Shown piece by piece: positions 1-8,737 of a stretch of 64,000 nt of DNA (within the stretch, counting starts at the first letter, position 1; the number at the start of each line of letters is the position of its first letter). The notes beneath the pieces were generated by a model, which was not told the DNA's origin, ran no database searches, and worked only from the letters and a program-made list of their open reading frames with translations. Both the position numbers and the translations under genes were made by a program. The DNA is taken from the sequence record SRR31156797_5453; one strand, given 5' to 3'.

Positions 1-1
1 C

Positions 2-91
2 TTCGGTGCATCAGCACCTGGCGACAAAGTATTAGCAGAATTCGGCTTTAGTGTTGAAAATGTTGTGAATACTTTTAAATCAATCGATTAA
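2..91 (+). CDS. tkt: Transketolase, C-terminal fragment (gene starts before the window)
   Basis: Frame from nt 2 reads FGASAPGDKVLAEFGFSVENVVNTFKSID*, matching the transketolase C-terminal FGxSAP...FGF motif. Confidence 0.9.
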   Translation, partial: FGASAPGDKVLAEFGFSVENVVNTFKSID

Positions 92-114
92 TTGATCGAC
101 AATCAATCAAAGCT

Positions 115-157
115 AGCACGTTCGAGAATCTTTTCGATTTTCGAGCGTGTTTTTTTC
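115..157 (+). terminator. Intrinsic terminator after tkt
   Basis: gcacgttcgagaatc / gattttcgagcgtgt imperfect inverted repeat followed by a T run. Confidence 0.75.
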
Positions 158-463
158 GAGTACTGCTCACTCTGAAAGTGCCAGAGTGACTTATTTAAGG
201 TAGTAGTGGCTAAGATTTCTGAAAAATGGTTTCACCACAAGATATAGACTTTTTTAAATAGTAAGAGAGAAGCAATACAATTCCATTCTAATAGTTTTTT
301 TAAAAACTTCTCAGTAATTAACAAACTGAGAGGGATGTCCAAAAAGTTTTTTAAAAGTCTTTTGTCGGGTCGGAAGTGAACATTGTTTGCACTGCTAGGC
401 ATTTTTCCGTATAATAGCTGTATTGATTTATTTGAAAAAACGTACAGTTACTGGAGGAAAAAG

Positions 464-1333
464 ATGGGAAGTTATCAAACAAGAAGTGAAAGACATCATC
501 AACCAAAGAAGACGATGAAAAGACCTAGTAAAAAGGCGGTGGTCTCTTTGATGGGTGCAGGAATGATGTTAGCGCCAATGACGGTCACTTTCGTTCCTCA
601 ACAGGTACAAGCTGCTGAGAATCAATATGCGACGCAGGACATCTCAGGGTTCATCGAACAAATTGGCTGGTCAGCACAAGATGTTGCTGTCAACAATGAT
701 CTATATGCTTCTGTGATGATCGCTCAAGCGATTTTGGAAAGCGGCTATGGTTCTTCCGCATTATCCAATGCCCCCTATTACAATTTATTTGGGGTCAAAG
801 GCAGTTACAACGGACAAAGTGTGTATATGCCTACCCAAGAGTATTTGAATGGTCAGTGGGTAGAGATGAATGAACCGTTTCGTCAATATAACTCTTATTG
901 GGAATCGTTTCAGGATCATGCGAACGTCTTGCGAAGTACAAGTTTCGCGACAGGGACTGCTCATTACAGTGGTGTCTGGAAAAGCCAAACAACCTCATTT
1001 TATGATGCAACGAATTACTTGACGGGACGTTATGCTACCGATCCAGGTTACGCACAAAAACTGAACTGGTTGATCGAAACCTATCAGCTTACACGGTTCG
1101 ATACAGGAACGACACAAAATACAGCCTGGACAAACACAACTAGCACAACGACCAGCGAAACAACGACGACCACGTATTCAGGTAGTACATCTTCAGCACA
1201 GAGCTATCAAGTTGCTTCTGGGGATACGCTTTGGGATATCGCCAACCGATTTGGCACAACCGTTGATGCGTTGATGGCATCGAATGGATTATCCAGTGAG
1301 ATCATCGTTATCGGACAAGAGTTGATCGTATAA
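464..1333 (+). CDS. Autolysin: GH73 glucosaminidase/muramidase domain, Thr-rich linker and C-terminal LysM
   Basis: GGAGG RBS before ATG 464; signal-like hydrophobic stretch; AQAILESG, NLFGVKG and YATDP GH73 motifs; YQVASGDTLWDIA LysM motif. Confidence 0.9.
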   Translation: MGSYQTRSERHHQPKKTMKRPSKKAVVSLMGAGMMLAPMTVTFVPQQVQAAENQYATQDISGFIEQIGWSAQDVAVNNDLYASVMIAQAILESGYGSSALSNAPYYNLFGVKGSYNGQSVYMPTQEYLNGQWVEMNEPFRQYNSYWESFQDHANVLRSTSFATGTAHYSGVWKSQTTSFYDATNYLTGRYATDPGYAQKLNWLIETYQLTRFDTGTTQNTAWTNTTSTTTSETTTTTYSGSTSSAQSYQVASGDTLWDIANRFGTTVDALMASNGLSSEIIVIGQELIV

Positions 1334-1340
1334 GTAAGTT

Positions 1341-1391
1341 AAAAACCTTAAGATGGATTGCTACAATTGCAGCCAATCTTAAGGTTTTTTT
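1341..1391 (+). terminator. Intrinsic terminator
   Basis: aaaaaccttaagat ... atcttaaggttttttt inverted repeat. Confidence 0.8.
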
Positions 1392-1533
1392 GACGTGGCA
1401 ATCAAACTCTGGTCAGTGGAAATAGAACAAAGTATAAAACTATATGAAAAAAAATTTGAAATTGCTTACTTTTTATTCGCAACTCCGAGGTATTTTAGGT
1501 AGAATGGAAGAATAAGAACGGGAGGGATTTTCA

Positions 1534-2463
1534 ATGACAAAAATCTATCAATCGGTCAATGAATTAGTTGGTCATACGCCAATCGTCAAATTAAATCATA
1601 TCGTAGAAGAAGGTTCTGCTGATGTGTATGTGAAATTAGAGTTTTTCAATCCTGGGGGTAGCGTAAAGGACAGAATTGCTTTAGCCATGATTGAAAAAGC
1701 CGAAAAAAGCGGCTTATTGAAAGCCGGCGATACGATTATCGAGCCAACCTCAGGAAATACGGGGATCGGTTTAGCCATGATCGGTACGGCAAAAGGCTAT
1801 CGGGTTGTGTTGGTTATGCCAGAAACGATGAGTATCGAAAGACGGAAAATCGTACAAGCTTATGGTGCAGAGTTGATTTTGACGCCTGGGTCTGAAGGGA
1901 TCACAGGATCCATTAACAAAGCAAAAGAATTAGCGGAGCAAGACGGCTACTATATGCCATTACAATTTGAAAATCCAGCTAACCCAGAAATTCATGAAAA
2001 AACGACAGGAAAAGAAATTGAGGATGCATTTGAATCAAAAGGTTTAGATGCTTTTGTCGCTGGAATCGGCACTGGTGGAACGATCACTGGAGCGGGCAAA
2101 GAACTGAAGCGCGTCTATCCTAATTTGAAAATAGTTGGTGTTGAGCCTGCTGAATCTGCGATTTTAGAAGGTGGTAAGCCAGGGCCGCATAAGATTCAAG
2201 GGATCGGTACTGGATTTGTCCCTAAAGTATTAGATACCGAAATTTATGATCAAGTCATTGCAATTGCCAGTGACGATGCGATGAAAACTGCACGGCAAGT
2301 TGGGATGAAAGAAGGGATTTTAGTTGGAATCTCTTCAGGGGCTGCGATCCAAGCTGCTTTACAGGTAGCAAAAGAACTAGGCAAAGGCAAAAAAGTTTTA
2401 GCAATCGTGCCTGACAATGGCGAACGTTATTTGTCCACAGCACTGTATCAGTTTGAAGACTAA
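1534..2463 (+). CDS. cysK: Cysteine synthase A
   Basis: [14 protein letters not shown] lysine motif, [22 protein letters not shown]. Confidence 0.97.
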   Translation: MTKIYQSVNELVGHTPIVKLNHIVEEGSADVYVKLEFFNPGGSVKDRIALAMIEKAEKSGLLKAGDTIIEPTSGNTGIGLAMIGTAKGYRVVLVMPETMSIERRKIVQAYGAELILTPGSEGITGSINKAKELAEQDGYYMPLQFENPANPEIHEKTTGKEIEDAFESKGLDAFVAGIGTGGTITGAGKELKRVYPNLKIVGVEPAESAILEGGKPGPHKIQGIGTGFVPKVLDTEIYDQVIAIASDDAMKTARQVGMKEGILVGISSGAAIQAALQVAKELGKGKKVLAIVPDNGERYLSTALYQFED

Positions 2464-2470
2464 CAATCGA

Positions 2471-2508
2471 GAGAAAGCAGGCATTGAAATGTCTGCTTTT
2501 CTTTCTCG
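2471..2508 (+). terminator. Intrinsic terminator after cysK
   Basis: gaaagcaggcatt / aatgtctgcttttt hairpin with T tail. Confidence 0.75.
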
Positions 2509-2630
2509 AAAAAAGGGGACGGAAGCGGGCTGAAAAAAGCGTTTTGCCTTTGAAAAAATAAGGAAAGCTGTTTGAATTTTTAGGTTTTACATAGTATGAT
2601 AGGTGAGATAAGAGAAATGGAGGAACTCCT

Positions 2631-3071
2631 GTGAGTACGATCTACGATGAAGCGATCAAACGATTAAAACATGAAAATATTCGTATTACACCGCAGCGAG
2701 TAGCGATATTAGAGTTTTTAGCCAGTCACGATGCCCATCCGACCGCTGAAGAGATTTATCGAGCGATTGAAGTTCATTTTCCTGGTATTAGTGTCGCAAC
2801 GGTATACAATAACTTACGTTTGTTCACAGAAATTGGCTTTGTAAAAGAAATGAATTATGGAGATGCCTCCAGTCGTTTTGATTTTACAACGGAGCCTCAT
2901 TATCATGCTATCTGCCAAAAGTGTGGAAAGATCGCTGATTTTTACTATCCAGGATTGGAAGATGTCGAAATGGCGGCTTCGAAATTAACTGGGTATCAAA
3001 TAAATAACCATCGACTAGAAGTTTATGGTCTATGTCCCGAATGCCAAGTGAAAGAGGAGGAAACAAAATGA
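2631..3071 (+). CDS. perR: Fur-family peroxide regulator PerR
   Basis: RITPQR, HPTAEEIY, SVATVYNNL, GDASSRFD, HYHAICQKCG and C-terminal CPEC; GGAGG RBS with GTG start. Confidence 0.9.
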   Translation: MSTIYDEAIKRLKHENIRITPQRVAILEFLASHDAHPTAEEIYRAIEVHFPGISVATVYNNLRLFTEIGFVKEMNYGDASSRFDFTTEPHYHAICQKCGKIADFYYPGLEDVEMAASKLTGYQINNHRLEVYGLCPECQVKEEETK

Positions 3072-3454
3072 AGATAATTTCTACAGATCAAGCACCACAA
3101 GCAATCGGTCCTTATGTTCAAGCAAAAATCGCAAACGGCTTTTTGTTTGCTTCTGGTCAAGTTCCATTAGATCCTGTTTCGGGGGAAGTTGTCGGTACGA
3201 CGATTGAAGTACAGACTCAGCAAGTATTGAAAAATATCAACGCGATTCTTGAAGCGGCGGAACTTACGCCAGATGACATCGTTAAGACGACATGTTTTTT
3301 AAAAAATATGAATGATTTCGTTCCTTTCAATAATACCTATAGCACATTGTTCAATGAAGAGTTACCTGCACGTTCTGCTGTAGAAGTTGCCCGCTTGCCA
3401 AAAGATGTTTTGGTTGAAGTTGAGATCATCGCAGCAGTCAAAGAAAAAGCGTAA
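3068..3454 (+). CDS. ridA: RidA/YjgF family enamine/imine deaminase
   Basis: APQAIGPYVQA, SGQVPLDP, PARSAVEVARLP; ATGA overlap with the perR stop; GAGGAGG RBS. Confidence 0.92.
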   Translation: MKIISTDQAPQAIGPYVQAKIANGFLFASGQVPLDPVSGEVVGTTIEVQTQQVLKNINAILEAAELTPDDIVKTTCFLKNMNDFVPFNNTYSTLFNEELPARSAVEVARLPKDVLVEVEIIAAVKEKA

Positions 3455-3565
3455 CCAAGAATGAATCGTGGGACGTCCGCCTTTGCGTCGTCCCCTTTTT
3501 ATTGGATCGATCCTGGACCAAAGGATCATAGAGTTTCAGGTGAATCAAGGAGAAGAGGATACAGT

Positions 3566-4267
3566 ATGGTTTCGTTAAAGGACTATTTAGCAAAAGGGCA
3601 AACAACGATATCAAATTTGCTTTTAGAAAATTACCATCATCTTGGATTGACAAATGACGAATTTTTGTTATGGCTGCAGTTGTATCGCAGTCATGAGCAA
3701 GGAAATGATTTCCCTGATTTACGTGAGATTGCCTCTGTGATGGGGAGTGATCAAAAAGAAATTTATCATTGGTTAAATCAATTACTTAAAAAAGATGTAC
3801 TGCGAATGGAATCAAAAAAAGATGCTGCCGGAAAAATGGTTGATTATTATGATTTCACAGGAATCTATGACCGTTTAGAATTTCTCTTGACACAGCAATC
3901 GAAAAATGAGGCAGTAGAATCAAATGAAGAAAAAATCCGTGGGTTATATCGCTTGTTTGAAGGCGAGTTTGGTCGGCCATTGTCAGCAATCGAATACCAG
4001 CGGATCGGGCAGTGGTTGGATGAGGACCATTACGATCCGGAACTGATTCAGTTTGCTTTGCGAGAAGCGGTTTTGAATCAGGCTTATAGCTTAAATTACA
4101 TCGATCGTATCTTACTTTCTTGGGAACGTAAGAATATCACGTCGAAAGCGCAAGTTGAGGAAGAACAAAAAAGAAGAAAAAAACAATTTCTTCAAAATGA
4201 GAATATTTCACAGGAAGAAGGGCCAATGCCCAAAATCCCTATGCATAATTGGTTAGAAGGAGAGTAA
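3566..4267 (+). CDS. dnaD: Primosomal protein DnaD
   Basis: FEGEFGRPLS, ALREAVLN, LNYIDRILLSW motifs; sits directly before nth; RBS before ATG 3566. Confidence 0.92.
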   Translation: MVSLKDYLAKGQTTISNLLLENYHHLGLTNDEFLLWLQLYRSHEQGNDFPDLREIASVMGSDQKEIYHWLNQLLKKDVLRMESKKDAAGKMVDYYDFTGIYDRLEFLLTQQSKNEAVESNEEKIRGLYRLFEGEFGRPLSAIEYQRIGQWLDEDHYDPELIQFALREAVLNQAYSLNYIDRILLSWERKNITSKAQVEEEQKRRKKQFLQNENISQEEGPMPKIPMHNWLEGE

Positions 4268-4291
4268 CAGACAAGGAGTTCAAATAGTCCT

Positions 4292-4948
4292 ATGATCAGC
4301 AAAGAAAAAACAATGATCGCCATCGAAACAATGTACGAGATGTTTCCCGAAGCGCATGGTGAATTGGTATCCAAAAATGCATTTGAATTATTGATCGCAG
4401 TCATTTTAAGTGCGCAAGCAACAGATGTCTCGGTAAATAAAGTCACCCCGGCACTTTTTGAGGCTTATCCTACACCGCAAGCTTTGAGCGAAGCACCTTT
4501 AGAAGATGTGATTGCAAAAATCAAGTCGATCGGTCTGTATCGAAACAAGGCAAAAAATATCAAAGCTTGTGCTTCGGAACTATTGCTACGTTTTGGTGGT
4601 GAAGTGCCGAAAACAAGAGAAGATTTGGTTTCTTTGCCAGGTGTCGGCAGAAAAACTGCGAATGTGGTACTTGGTGATGCCTATGGGATACCGGCAATCG
4701 CTGTCGATACCCACGTCGAACGGGTGTCAAAAAGATTGCGCATTTGTAAATTAGATGCCAATGTACTAGAAGTTGAACAAACGTTGATGAAAAAGATTCC
4801 CGAACCATTATGGGTCAAAACCCACCATACGATGATTTTCTTTGGCCGTTATCATTGTACCGCGAGGGCGCCAAAGTGTGAGATTTGCCCGTTGTTGGCG
4901 ATGTGCCAAGAAGGAAAACTTCGCATGAAGGGGAAGAAAACCATCTAA
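4292..4948 (+). CDS. nth: Endonuclease III
   Basis: LSAQATD, LPGVGRKTA helix-hairpin-helix, VDTHV, CTARAPKCEICPLLAMC Fe-S motif. Confidence 0.97.
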   Translation: MISKEKTMIAIETMYEMFPEAHGELVSKNAFELLIAVILSAQATDVSVNKVTPALFEAYPTPQALSEAPLEDVIAKIKSIGLYRNKAKNIKACASELLLRFGGEVPKTREDLVSLPGVGRKTANVVLGDAYGIPAIAVDTHVERVSKRLRICKLDANVLEVEQTLMKKIPEPLWVKTHHTMIFFGRYHCTARAPKCEICPLLAMCQEGKLRMKGKKTI

Positions 4949-4982
4949 TGGTGAACATAAACCAAAAGTAACTAGGATCAAG

Positions 4983-5018
4983 ACGCTAAGCGAAATCGCT
5001 TAGCGTTTTTTTTTTTTT
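4983..5018 (+). terminator. Intrinsic terminator after nth
   Basis: acgctaagcga-aa-tcgcttagcgt followed by a long T run. Confidence 0.85.
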
Positions 5019-5547
5019 GCACAAATTGATAAAAAAACAGGTAATTAACGTAATACCCTTTATTAAAGCCCTTTCAAGTAACTGGAAAAACATAAGCTTA
5101 CTGAATTTTTTTGATTACACCACTCAAAATCAGGTGTTTTTTCACAAATAGATCGTGTGAGGGGTGATGCTCGATGCGAAATGAACCTTCCAATACGCCT
5201 TTTTTTTGAAACTATTTGTAAGCTTAGTATGATGGGCTTCTTTCGCAAAATTTTTACCCTTTCTTTTTATAAAAATGCTTATTATTGGTCAATAAAACGT
5301 AAAATTAATAATAAAATTCACCCATTGGTGAAAAATAATATTTCAAATCTGTGAAAATCATCAGTATAGTGATCTTTGTCAAAGGTTATAAGTCTTTCTC
5401 TGCTATTTTACGAATGACAGAAAAAGCGTTGCACAGTTCAAATGATTCTGAAGCGATCTCAAAATCATTTTTGTTAACGGGTCTTAGGCAAACGCTGTTT
5501 TGAAAAGATCACTTATAAGACGTGGCAAGTATAGAGGAGGAGGGAGA

Positions 5548-5922
5548 ATGAAAGGAGAAAAGGTATGGAAATTAGTTCGTATGGTTCTGTTTTGCACTCT
5601 TTTTTATGGGATAACTATTTCTACGGTAGCGGTGAATGCTCAGGAAGTGCAGTCGGTTGAAACAGAAAGCTCTGTGCTCTTTACCGGTGTTTATGAGCCT
5701 ATTGGGCAACCCGAACCAGCACCGCCAGCAGGCCCTACAAAGAATATCTCGCCACCAAACAAGGTAGCAAAACCAGGTGGTATTTTACCAAAGACCAACG
5801 AGACAAGAACTTACGGCGTAATCTTTCTTGGATTACTGCTTGTACTGGTTGTATTGTTTGTGCAATATACCAAACATCGATCAAAATTTGTGATGGTTAA
5901 AAAGAAAAGACAAATAATTTGA
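5548..5922 (+). CDS. Small LPxTG-type sortase-anchored protein of the WxL cluster (CscD-like)
   Basis: GGAGG RBS; signal peptide ending VNA-Q; Pro-rich body; LPKTN motif followed by a hydrophobic helix and basic tail. Confidence 0.8.
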   Translation: MKGEKVWKLVRMVLFCTLFYGITISTVAVNAQEVQSVETESSVLFTGVYEPIGQPEPAPPAGPTKNISPPNKVAKPGGILPKTNETRTYGVIFLGLLLVLVVLFVQYTKHRSKFVMVKKKRQII

Positions 5923-5930
5923 AAGCAGGG

Positions 5931-6740
5931 ATGAATTTGAAATTCGTACGATTTGCATCGGCAGCTGTTTTAGCTGCAACTTTATTTACTATTAGCGCGG
6001 AAGCCTTCGCTACTGAAAGTGTAACAAACCATGATACAGAAGGGAAAGTTCTCTTTGTACCAAACGATAGCGAAGCGACAGTAGTTCAACCACCAAATCC
6101 TGGTCCTAATGGTCCAGATGTAGAGATCAATCCAGTCGGCCCGGAAGGACAAACGGGACCATTGACCATTGCTTACGCACCTACGCTTAATTTCGGTGAG
6201 CAAGTGATTTCTAATACCGATCAAGAATATAAGCTAGTGGCTGAATTACACAAGCTAAAAGACGCGGAAGATAGTGAAGAAAGAGTTCCTTATGTTTCAT
6301 TTGCCCAAGTCCAAGATACGCGTGGGACAAATGCTGGTTGGGATTTAAAAGTTTCCTTAAGTGCTTTTGAATCAGGAACACAGAATAATGAACTGACTGG
6401 AGCAAGAATTCGTTTTAATTCGCCAAAATTGGAATATAACGGAAGCAACCAAGAAAATGAGCCACAAATTCATGCGGATGGATTGATTTTAGATGCTACA
6501 AATAGTGAACGTTCGGTTCTGACCGCTGCTCAAACAAAAGGTGCTGGCGTATCGTCAGTCGTTTGGGGCGATCAGGAAGAAATCAATCGACAAGTAGAAG
6601 CAGGTGCAGAGGTTGTTGAAAATGCTGGAATCGAGTTACTTGTTCCTGGATCAACAGCAAAAGACGCTGCTCTTTATGAAGCAACTCTTACTTGGACTTT
6701 GGCTGCAACAGCTGGACCGGACGGAGAAACGGTTCAGTAA
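5931..6740 (+). CDS. Small WxL-domain surface protein 1
   Basis: Signal peptide (AFA); LNFG, QVQDTRGTNAGWDLKVS and YEATLTWTL WxL motifs. Exact start uncertain. Confidence 0.9.
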   Translation: MNLKFVRFASAAVLAATLFTISAEAFATESVTNHDTEGKVLFVPNDSEATVVQPPNPGPNGPDVEINPVGPEGQTGPLTIAYAPTLNFGEQVISNTDQEYKLVAELHKLKDAEDSEERVPYVSFAQVQDTRGTNAGWDLKVSLSAFESGTQNNELTGARIRFNSPKLEYNGSNQENEPQIHADGLILDATNSERSVLTAAQTKGAGVSSVVWGDQEEINRQVEAGAEVVENAGIELLVPGSTAKDAALYEATLTWTLAATAGPDGETVQ

Positions 6741-6782
6741 CTTGGTTTTGTACTGAATAAAAAAAGAAAGAGGGAACTAGAA

Positions 6783-7595
6783 ATGAAAAAGATTCGTTTA
6801 GCTACGGTCGCTGTATTATCCACCACTTTACTAGCAGGAGGCGTTCAAGCCTTTGCCCAATCTTCATTAGAAACGACTACCGATAACGTTGTAGGGTTTA
6901 CCTCAGACGGAAGCGATCTAACAGTGGTACAACCGCCAGTCGTGTACCCAGAAGTAGAAACAATCGAACCAACACCGCCAGGACAAACTGGGCCATTTAC
7001 CATTGCTTATGCACCACAAACTTTCGATTTTGGTCAGAATGCTATTTCTACCAGTGATCGTTGGTATTCAATCGTTGCTGATGAGCGTAATTTGGCTGAT
7101 CAATCAGGTACGACACCGTATGTATCGTTTGCCCAAGTGCAAGATACCCGAGGAACGCATGCTGGTTGGACATTAAATGTTAGTCTAACTGATTTTACTT
7201 CCGAATCAGGAGATGTCTTGACTGGGGCAAAAATCAAGTTGGCAAACCCTGAAATCGTGTTCAACAAAGGCGAGGGTAATCGAGACTTACAGCCAAGTGC
7301 CGTTATCAATAATGAAGAACAAAATGCGTTGATCCTAGATGTCAACGATCAAGACATTCCTGTCATGCGTGCTTCGGTCGGTCAAGGTGCGGGCGCTTCA
7401 TCGATTTACTGGGGAGATCAAGAAAAATTGACGGAACAAAACCTTAATAAACAAGAAGGCGAAATTATCAGAAATGATGATATTCAACTATTTGTACCAG
7501 GCTCTACCACGCAGCTAGCAACTAACTATACTGCGGAAATGACATGGACGCTAACTGCTTCTGTTGATAGTGGCGGCGAAACAGTAAATCCGTAA
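6783..7595 (+). CDS. Small WxL-domain surface protein 2
   Basis: Signal peptide; FDFG, QVQDTRGTHAGWTLNVS, YTAEMTWTL; clear paralog of the upstream gene. Confidence 0.9.
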   Translation: MKKIRLATVAVLSTTLLAGGVQAFAQSSLETTTDNVVGFTSDGSDLTVVQPPVVYPEVETIEPTPPGQTGPFTIAYAPQTFDFGQNAISTSDRWYSIVADERNLADQSGTTPYVSFAQVQDTRGTHAGWTLNVSLTDFTSESGDVLTGAKIKLANPEIVFNKGEGNRDLQPSAVINNEEQNALILDVNDQDIPVMRASVGQGAGASSIYWGDQEKLTEQNLNKQEGEIIRNDDIQLFVPGSTTQLATNYTAEMTWTLTASVDSGGETVNP

Positions 7596-7626
7596 GAAGG
7601 ATCATAGCTTGCAACAAGAAACAACT

Positions 7627-7658
7627 GGCAGGAATAGTAAATTATTCCTGCCTTTTTT
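7627..7658 (+). terminator. Internal terminator-like hairpin within the WxL operon
   Basis: GGCAGGAATA-gtaaat-TATTCCTGCC perfect 10-bp stem plus T6, immediately before the next RBS. Confidence 0.75.
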
Positions 7659-7674
7659 GGAAGGAGAACCACTT

Positions 7675-8736
7675 TTGACTGAACAACGTATGAGAATGAA
7701 ATGGATAAAAACGGTTACCTGTGCGGTCATCCTACTATCATTCTTTTTTTCACCAAGAATGAGCTATGCTCAGACAGAATCAGAATTAAACTTTTATGTG
7801 ACGCCTATCTTACCGGAAAGTCAGCTGGAAGGAGGGGCGTTGGGGTATTTCGATTTAAATCTTGGGGCAGGAGAACGTGATGAATTGGCTTTAGAGATCG
7901 AAAATGGTTCTGATCAAGCGATCGAAATAGAAATTTCTGCCCATACGGCATTTACGAATGTGAATGGTGTTGTGGAATATGGCAGGGATGCAGAATCCCC
8001 TGATCCGACTTTACCTGCATCAATTGATGAACTGGTAGAGGTGCCTGAAACCGTATCGTTCGATCCATTAGAAAAACGAATCATTTCTTTACCGATTACG
8101 ATGCCAGAAGAGGAATTTAAAGGGGTTTTGGCAGGTGGCATTCGAATCAAAGAGGTTATTTCTGAAGAGGAGCAAACACAATCTGCTGAAGAAGGATTAG
8201 GCATTCGGAATGCATTTTCCTATGTCATTGGTGTGGTAGTAAGCAACAATCGGTCCGCAACGGATCCGGGATTGGAACTGCTTGATGTTTTTGCCGATCA
8301 AGTAAACTTCCGAAACGTATTTAGCGCTGTTATCCAAAATTATACTTCAACATTTGTCAATCAATTGGAAGTAACAGCTGAAATTCGTTCTGTTGGTGGT
8401 GAGACGATCTTATATGAAACAAGTCAATCATCTATGCAAATGGCTCCTAATTCACATATGCATTTCCCAATTCCCTTGAACGGTGATCGTTTTCGTAATG
8501 GGGAGTATGTATTGAATCTTACTGCTCGGTCAGGAGAGGAAGAGTGGTCTTGGGAACAGACATTTAGCGTAGAGGCAGAAGATGCTCGCCGCTTAAATGA
8601 ACTCGATGTCACTGTAGATACGTCACTCAATTGGTGGATGATCGCCACGGCTGGTCTAATCAGCTTGCTTCTAATTATTGCGATCATTCTAATTGTTCAT
8701 AAGAAAAAAAATGCAAAGGAAGGTGGGAAAAGTTGA
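7675..8736 (+). CDS. DUF916/DUF3324 WxL-interacting membrane-anchored protein (CscA-like)
   Basis: FYVTPILPESQ, YFDL, AFTNVNGVVEY, GVLAGGI, MAPNS motifs; C-terminal TM and basic tail. Start is TTG 7675 (GGAAGGAG RBS) or ATG 7690/7696. Confidence 0.88.
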   Translation: MTEQRMRMKWIKTVTCAVILLSFFFSPRMSYAQTESELNFYVTPILPESQLEGGALGYFDLNLGAGERDELALEIENGSDQAIEIEISAHTAFTNVNGVVEYGRDAESPDPTLPASIDELVEVPETVSFDPLEKRIISLPITMPEEEFKGVLAGGIRIKEVISEEEQTQSAEEGLGIRNAFSYVIGVVVSNNRSATDPGLELLDVFADQVNFRNVFSAVIQNYTSTFVNQLEVTAEIRSVGGETILYETSQSSMQMAPNSHMHFPIPLNGDRFRNGEYVLNLTARSGEEEWSWEQTFSVEAEDARRLNELDVTVDTSLNWWMIATAGLISLLLIIAIILIVHKKKNAKEGGKS

Positions 8737-8737
8737 A

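Noticed and set aside
1444-1515. Short ORF (MKKNLKLLTFYSQLRGILGRMEE) upstream of cysK as a possible leader peptide
   Set aside because: No Cys codons, no RBS and no attenuator hairpins.
5063-5354. 61-aa and 65-aa ORFs in the nth-WxL intergenic region
   Set aside because: AT-rich sequence with no RBS or motifs; probably promoter DNA.
5480-5535. GGCAAAC...GAAA...GACG resembling a c-di-GMP-I riboswitch before the WxL cluster
   Set aside because: The required stems do not pair and the GCAAAG and second-stem motifs are missing.
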